IMG/VR virus record: IMGVR_UViG_3300044691_000225
Location: 1-29,290 of that record
Source: a virus
Taxonomy: Duplodnaviria; Caudoviricetes
DNA: 29,290 nt
Direction: 5' to 3' (one strand)
Below are positions 24,884 through 29,290 of this stretch, piece after piece. The notes below the pieces were generated by a model that made no database searches, was not told the origin of the DNA, and was given only the letters and a program-made list of their open reading frames with translations. Numbering within the stretch: position 1 is the stretch's first letter; every line of letters begins with the position of its first letter. The position numbers were made by a program, and so were the translations under genes.

Positions 24884-25519
24884 TCATCCTGCAAGGGCCA
24901 GCGTGAAATTGACTGGTGCAATCTGCGATGTAACAGGGTTTCCCCACTGCGCTGCCATCGCCGCGGCTATACCCGCGTAAGTACGGCTGCGCTCCTTTTT
25001 CCGTTTCGCTCCCGGACCCATCCGATGAATCCTCGAACTGATGCGGCCTGGCCGCTTGCCACCGCCAACCGTTTTGTCTGGCTGGACGCAATCGGTCGGC
25101 ACAAGCTTGGGCAATCCTTTTAACCATAAGCATGTTGTCTTCCACTCCGGGTGGCCAAATTGCCACGGCTGAATAATCTGGTCAGGCTTGCGGAACTCGG
25201 CGCTCAGCCGACCGACCGGGTTCTCAATAGCGATGCGCTGGCAATCTGCTTGAGTGATCTTGAACACAAAGTTCAGCGCGTCGGCCTGTTCCTCGATCCT
25301 ATTCGGCCACCATCGAGCGCCAGACGACGCCAGATAGGTGCAGGGCGGGTGGGCAATGATCAAATCCCACCCAAGATCAAGGATTCCCAGTACGTCGCCT
25401 AGCACGTGAACTCCTGGCGTCTCCGGTGGCTGCGTGTCGCACGAAGTAGCGTCGTGGCCGGCTGCGGTGAACGCATCCCGGACCACTCCGCTGAACTCGC
25501 AGGCAACTAAAACCTTCAA
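24884..25519 (-). CDS. Short C5 cytosine DNA methyltransferase-like protein
   Basis: VLVACEFSG (motif I variant), AHPPC (motif IV), IENP (motif VI), QPWQFGH, RSRTY.GIA.AMA.QWG. Confidence 0.8.
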   Translation of the reverse strand: MKVLVACEFSGVVRDAFTAAGHDATSCDTQPPETPGVHVLGDVLGILDLGWDLIIAHPPCTYLASSGARWWPNRIEEQADALNFVFKITQADCQRIAIENPVGRLSAEFRKPDQIIQPWQFGHPEWKTTCLWLKGLPKLVPTDCVQPDKTVGGGKRPGRISSRIHRMGPGAKRKKERSRTYAGIAAAMAAQWGNPVTSQIAPVNFTLALAG

Positions 25520-25698
25520 AACCCTGTTCCCTTCGCATCCGAAGCACGTTTTAGCGCAAGGTCATACCGAACCTGCAGGCCATCAACTAGATTCTGCAAT
25601 TCCTGGTAGTCGCTAAACGCAACCCAACTACCATAGTCGTCTTGTTGCATGGCTGGCCCACCGGTTCTGTCGGTTGTGATATCCCATCGCTTAACCAT
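25516..25698 (-). CDS. Hypothetical protein (G.WV...DY motif)
   Basis: AGGGA RBS; overlaps the methyltransferase start. Confidence 0.6.
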   Translation of the reverse strand: MVKRWDITTDRTGGPAMQQDDYGSWVAFSDYQELQNLVDGLQVRYDLALKRASDAKGTGF

Positions 25699-25727
25699 GC
25701 TCAGTTCCCTTTGCAGAAGATGTCATT

Positions 25728-25928
25728 TTAAAAGCCCTCGAAATCACGCAGTTTGCCGAACGCTTCAGGTGTCATCCAAACGTCCGCCAAGGTATATGGC
25801 TCGGTCTCGCCCTCGGTCATATCATTGACATCGCGCGGCTCGATAATCACCGACGTCCCGCCAAGCGTCATCTTCACGTAGCGCACCTTCTGGCGCTTGC
25901 TCGGCGTATCGGCGTTGGCTCTATGCAT
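25728..25928 (-). CDS. Hypothetical protein
   Basis: MHRANAD...WMTPEAFGKLRDFEGF; overlap-coupled. Confidence 0.55.
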   Translation of the reverse strand: MHRANADTPSKRQKVRYVKMTLGGTSVIIEPRDVNDMTEGETEPYTLADVWMTPEAFGKLRDFEGF

Positions 25929-26280
25929 CACAGTCTTTTCCCGAAGAAGCCAAAAGCTCGTTGACCTTCGCCAGCAAGTCCCGCTGACTGCCGTACAGCC
26001 GCGCAAATTCCTTGGACTCAGCGAACATCGACGGGCCCCAAATAGCGCGCATCTCGGTCGCCGTATAGTCGATCCTCGGCTCGCCACGATGATGCCAAGG
26101 CCCCAGCGGGATCGTCGCCTGGTTGCCGCCTGAGTGCTTGCGATAGCCCTTGTCGACCAAGTGGTGGATCTCAGGATGGCCGCACGGGAACGTGTAGCCT
26201 TTGAGCACGCAGGCAATGCAGCCGATCTGGCGCAAAGCGGCGTAACGCTTCTCATCGCGCGTGGGGCCGATGCGGATCAC
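25921..26280 (-). CDS. Ref/DUF968-like HNH-type nuclease
   Basis: GCIAC...EIHH...TIPL.PWHHRG...YGSQRDLL. Confidence 0.75.
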   Translation of the reverse strand: MIRIGPTRDEKRYAALRQIGCIACVLKGYTFPCGHPEIHHLVDKGYRKHSGGNQATIPLGPWHHRGEPRIDYTATEMRAIWGPSMFAESKEFARLYGSQRDLLAKVNELLASSGKDCDA

Positions 26281-26705
26281 GCGACCGCCAACTGTTTGAG
26301 CACTTCATCGCGCAACATGCCGGGGTTCATGCCGCCGACCATGAAGCACAGCGCCTTGATTGCGCTTTCGTAGAACGCATCAAATGCCTCTTGATCCATC
26401 GCGGCGAAGCTAATGGAGCCAACGATCTTGACCACTTCGCCTGATTCTCGAATGACGACCTCGCGCGTAATGCCGAGCTTGATCTTGAGTTCGATCAGCA
26501 AATCATCAACGGTGGGCCAATCACCCGCCGCCGACCATACGGTATGGAGCAGCGCAAAGAATTTGCGGTGATGCTTCACGTTGCGCGGCTGCGTGACCTC
26601 GCACTGGACTACTTTGCCGATCTTGATCTTGCGCAAGATATCCTTGGCCGCGTCATCCGCAGCGGCGAGGCCGGCGAGCGTGCGAATGAGATACAAGTCA
26701 GCCAC
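26277..26705 (-). CDS. DUF1367/NinB-like recombination-associated protein
   Basis: PRN.KHHRKFFALL and SISFAAMDQ..F..FY motifs. Confidence 0.75.
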   Translation of the reverse strand: MADLYLIRTLAGLAAADDAAKDILRKIKIGKVVQCEVTQPRNVKHHRKFFALLHTVWSAAGDWPTVDDLLIELKIKLGITREVVIRESGEVVKIVGSISFAAMDQEAFDAFYESAIKALCFMVGGMNPGMLRDEVLKQLAVA

Positions 26706-26877
26706 GAGCACACCGCTTGTAGGCCAGTCCTTTGCCGATGCGATAGAGCAGGCTGCGGTCCACGCCCAACTCTTGAGCCACGGTGCCCGCCGGCGGTCGG
26801 GCTATCTGCCCATACCAGGCACGGACGCGCGCGGCCTGGGCGTCATCCAGCTTGCGTGGCCAGCCGCGTTGCTTCAC
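26698..26877 (-). CDS. Small HTH protein (59 aa)
   Basis: Hand translation MKQRGWPRKLDDAQAARVRAWY...VAQELGVDRSLLYRIGKG..Y; GTGA coupling; below the track cutoff. Confidence 0.7.
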   Translation of the reverse strand: MKQRGWPRKLDDAQAARVRAWYGQIARPPAGTVAQELGVDRSLLYRIGKGLAYKRCARG

Positions 26878-27383
26878 GGTCGAATGTCCAGGCGCTCGGC
26901 CTGCTCCAAGTGACAGCCGGCGATCGTCATGCCCGATTGAATAGCCTTTTTGATGAGCGCCTTATCAGGGCGGGGGAGAGGCGGCGGGGGCGGTTCCGGC
27001 GTGACCATGAACGCCTCCGGGATCTCGAATTCGCTATCCACGATCACCGAGGGCGGATTCTTCTTGAGCGCCAACACGAATTCGGTGGCCTCAATTTTAG
27101 TGATCCCGGCGCCCTGCATGTTGACCTTCAGGTACTCGCGCACCGACTCCGCGCGCTTACGGATGCGATCAGCGCGCGCCTTCATCTGTTTGGATGCACC
27201 CTCGACCGCATCGGCCATCGCTTCTGAGTTTAGGATGAACTTGGCGACGTTCGTGGCTTTGACGGTAAGGTCGCCAGTCAGGCCTTCGAGCGTATCCCTG
27301 ATGACTTCAGGAGGAAGATCCTCGGAGGCCTCCAGCGCCTCCAAGGACCGATACTGCGCAACAATTTCGTATAGAGCGGCCAT
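26874..27383 (-). CDS. Siphovirus Gp157 family protein
   Basis: LYEI...DTLE.L...K..NVA...KNPPSV...IPEAF...DK..IK.AI..G..I.G pattern. Confidence 0.85.
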   Translation of the reverse strand: MAALYEIVAQYRSLEALEASEDLPPEVIRDTLEGLTGDLTVKATNVAKFILNSEAMADAVEGASKQMKARADRIRKRAESVREYLKVNMQGAGITKIEATEFVLALKKNPPSVIVDSEFEIPEAFMVTPEPPPPPLPRPDKALIKKAIQSGMTIAGCHLEQAERLDIRP

Positions 27384-27385
27384 GA

Positions 27386-27766
27386 CTAGAACGGGATATC
27401 GTCGTCAAAATCACCATCGGCCGCCGCCGGTACCGGTGCGCGCGGCTGGACCGGCGGCAGGTTGGGCGGGAAAGCGAACTTGATGCCGCCCACCTGTTGC
27501 GTGCCCATCATGACGGTGGGATCGTGCGACAGCTTCACCTTCTTGCCGATCCAGCCGTCCGAGTCATCGCCGTAGGCCATTTCCAATTGCTTGATCTTGG
27601 TGACGTTCAGGACGACACCCTTGGTCTTTTCCTTGAAGAACAGCACCCACCGGCTATCGCCTTTGCCTACTTCTTCCAGTGATGCATCCTTGATCGTCAG
27701 CACTTCCGGTGAAGGAAAATCATCCTTCTTGAGGAATTTGCTTTGAATCATCTGTGACGTTTTCAC
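27386..27766 (-). CDS. Single-stranded DNA-binding protein-like
   Basis: SKFLK..D, LN.TK, W.GK.V.L; acidic tail DFDDDIPF; AGGAG RBS. Confidence 0.75.
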   Translation of the reverse strand: MKTSQMIQSKFLKKDDFPSPEVLTIKDASLEEVGKGDSRWVLFFKEKTKGVVLNVTKIKQLEMAYGDDSDGWIGKKVKLSHDPTVMMGTQQVGGIKFAFPPNLPPVQPRAPVPAAADGDFDDDIPF

Positions 27767-27893
27767 GTTTCAATACTCCTTCGGTTACTAACCACTCTCG
27801 GTACTCTCGGTTGATGCGCCGGTGATATTCCCATCGTTGGCGCTCATCGAGTTCTTGCTGATGCCAGGCGGCATCTGTCAAATCGTCGTCCAT
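27720..27893 (-). CDS. Small hypothetical protein (57 aa)
   Basis: MDDDLTDAAWHQQELDERQ...; ATG abuts previous stop. Confidence 0.5.
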   Translation of the reverse strand: MDDDLTDAAWHQQELDERQRWEYHRRINREYREWLVTEGVLKRENVTDDSKQIPQEG

Positions 27894-28163
27894 TTACGCG
27901 GGCTCGCCCTGTAGCGTCAGCGCCAGCAATTCCTGCTTGCGCGTCTTCAATTCGTTCAGTTCTTGCGTGAACTTCGTGGTGATGGTCGCAATCTGCCTAT
28001 CGAGGCTTTCGACTTGCGCCGGCACGAATTCCTCGGGCGGGCGCGGGACGAATTCGACCTCGACGTAATGCGTCATGCGCACCATGTCGGTGTACTTTTC
28101 GTCAGCCTCAGGGCGGACCATCGAGAAGTCGTGAGCGATTTCCTTGAACACTGCGATTTTCAT
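27894..28163 (-). CDS. Hypothetical protein
   Basis: AGGA RBS; C-terminal coiled coil ending LLAL. Confidence 0.65.
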   Translation of the reverse strand: MKIAVFKEIAHDFSMVRPEADEKYTDMVRMTHYVEVEFVPRPPEEFVPAQVESLDRQIATITTKFTQELNELKTRKQELLALTLQGEPA

Positions 28164-28167
28164 AGGG

Positions 28168-28338
28168 TCATCCTGTGCGTTGAAAGTCGATCTGATACGC
28201 CCGCTTGAGCCGCGCCTCGCATAACCTCAAACGAGCCTCCAAGAGCGCGTTATCGCTTTTGAGTGCGGTGATCTGCTTGAGGTGGCGCTCGCGCTCGATG
28301 GACCATGTCAATAGCTGTTCCATGGTGACTTCGGTCAT
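28168..28338 (-). CDS. Hypothetical coiled-coil protein
   Basis: GAGG RBS; ATGA coupling. Confidence 0.55.
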   Translation of the reverse strand: MTEVTMEQLLTWSIERERHLKQITALKSDNALLEARLRLCEARLKRAYQIDFQRTG

Positions 28339-28526
28339 TTCGTGACACCTCGCACGTCCTTCCATACATCGCGGCCGACACGCGCATCGAACTGTTGATT
28401 GCGCCGCCTCGTGCGCTGTTGCATCAAGTGATCGTAGATATCGAAAAAGAGCGACCACACGAGCCAGGCGAGGAAGCCAGCGGCGCCTAAGCCCATCATT
28501 GTGTCGAACCAAATGGCGAAGGTCAT
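28335..28526 (-). CDS. Small single-TM membrane protein
   Basis: GGAG RBS; hydrophobic N-terminal helix, basic tail. Confidence 0.6.
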   Translation of the reverse strand: MTFAIWFDTMMGLGAAGFLAWLVWSLFFDIYDHLMQQRTRRRNQQFDARVGRDVWKDVRGVTK

Positions 28527-28527
28527 C

Positions 28528-28896
28528 TCAATCTCCGCAGCTAATTTCTAAGGGGCAGGAGCCTTTGCCAGCACACACGGCCTTTTGGCGGCACCAGGGG
28601 TAAGGTGTGGTGATAGGCAATTGCGATCCAAGTAACGTGCGCGCCGCAAATTCAGCCAACTGCATCTCGCGAAATTCGGCGGGGTCGCGCGTCCCAACGT
28701 ACTCGGTCACCGCGTAGCCGAGTTTGCGCAGCGCCGCCTCCAGCGCAGCAATGCGCTTGTCCTTCGCATCAAGATTGGCGGCGGCCTTCAGCCCAAGCTC
28801 GCCAAACTTCAAAGCGAGGGCGTCGTAGTCGGTCGCGCGAACACACGAGACGTTCGATTCACCATTGAACAGAAGCACATCGATGCGCTTCACCAT
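28528..28896 (-). CDS. Hypothetical protein (V...DYD motif, coiled coil, Cys-rich tail)
   Basis: GGAGG RBS before MVKRID. Confidence 0.6.
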   Translation of the reverse strand: MVKRIDVLLFNGESNVSCVRATDYDALALKFGELGLKAAANLDAKDKRIAALEAALRKLGYAVTEYVGTRDPAEFREMQLAEFAARTLLGSQLPITTPYPWCRQKAVCAGKGSCPLEISCGD

Positions 28897-29123
28897 CACA
28901 GCGCCCTCCGCTCTAGCCGCGCCATCGCTTGCTGCATCATGGGATCGTCTGTGCTTCCGCAATTTCGGCAGAAATGCGTGCGCGGGTCGTAGCTGTGAGA
29001 ATTTACTAGGCACACGACGGGCAGTTGCCACAGGGCATCCCTCGATTCGTCGGCCAAAAACTCGTCGATGGTCAATTGGTCCAACGAATTGAAATCGTCA
29101 TCGCTGATTTCGTCGTGGTTCAT
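28896..29123 (-). CDS. Hypothetical protein (C..H..CxxC)
   Basis: ATGA coupling to the upstream small ORF. Confidence 0.5.
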   Translation of the reverse strand: MNHDEISDDDFNSLDQLTIDEFLADESRDALWQLPVVCLVNSHSYDPRTHFCRNCGSTDDPMMQQAMARLERRAL

Positions 29124-29224
29124 CGCAGCCACACGCTCAGCACAGCCACGCAGATCCACGCAACGGCGCAGTACAGGGCGGGCTGCTCAAGGGGGAGGTG
29201 GGCGGTGAGACGGCAGACTTGCAT
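29120..29224 (-). CDS. Small hydrophobic peptide (34 aa), first gene of the early operon
   Basis: MQVCRLTAHLPLEQPALYCAVAWICVAVLSVWLR; GGAG RBS. Confidence 0.45.
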   Translation of the reverse strand: MQVCRLTAHLPLEQPALYCAVAWICVAVLSVWLR

Positions 29225-29260
29225 GTGGCGCTCCAAAGTGGTGTTGCTGACCTTGGAGCC

Positions 29261-29290
29261 ATCCTACGGGAACCCGTAGCGCGATGTCAA
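29261..29290 (-). promoter_or_regulatory. PL-like sigma70 promoter with palindromic operator
   Basis: TTGACA-N18-TAGGAT on the - strand; perfect inverted repeat CTACGGG-N2-CCCGTAG (29264-29279) in the spacer. Confidence 0.75.

Larger units (their letters stand above)
1..29290. mobile_element. Temperate podovirus-like phage genome segment (late virion/lysis genes on +, early operon on -)
   Basis: Gene order capsid-tube A-tube B-GNAT-ejection proteins-tailspike-lysis, converging with dense, translationally coupled small early ORFs; no host housekeeping genes. Confidence 0.95.

Noticed and set aside
1-29290. CRISPR array or long tandem repeats
   Set aside because: None seen by eye

Overview
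The whole window is part of a high-GC (by eye) temperate podovirus genome with an epsilon15/BPP-1/T7-like virion module, probably from a proteobacterial host. The + strand (1-19817) carries the late genes: capsid end, decoration protein, SGNH esterase, tail tube A/B, GNAT, ejection proteins, beta-helix tailspike, lysis genes and an FN3/GH16 cluster. The - strand (19854-29290) is a leftward early operon starting from a TTGACA promoter with a palindromic operator. Most notable: no integrase lies at the late/early junction. Instead there is a dif-like site with an intact XerC arm and a degenerate XerD arm (20752-20779), next to an HTH+DUF3653 (XafT-like) gene and flanked by two paralogous HTH genes. 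This suggests a tailed phage that integrates at dif using host XerCD, like TLC-type IMEX elements. Other highlights are a tRNA-Ile(GAU) with a structured 70-nt D-loop insertion, an ADP-ribosyltransferase-like domain inside an ejection protein, and a candidate -1 frameshift plus strand-swapped FN3 modules after the lysis genes. All protein calls come from motif recognition and synteny; no database searches were run.
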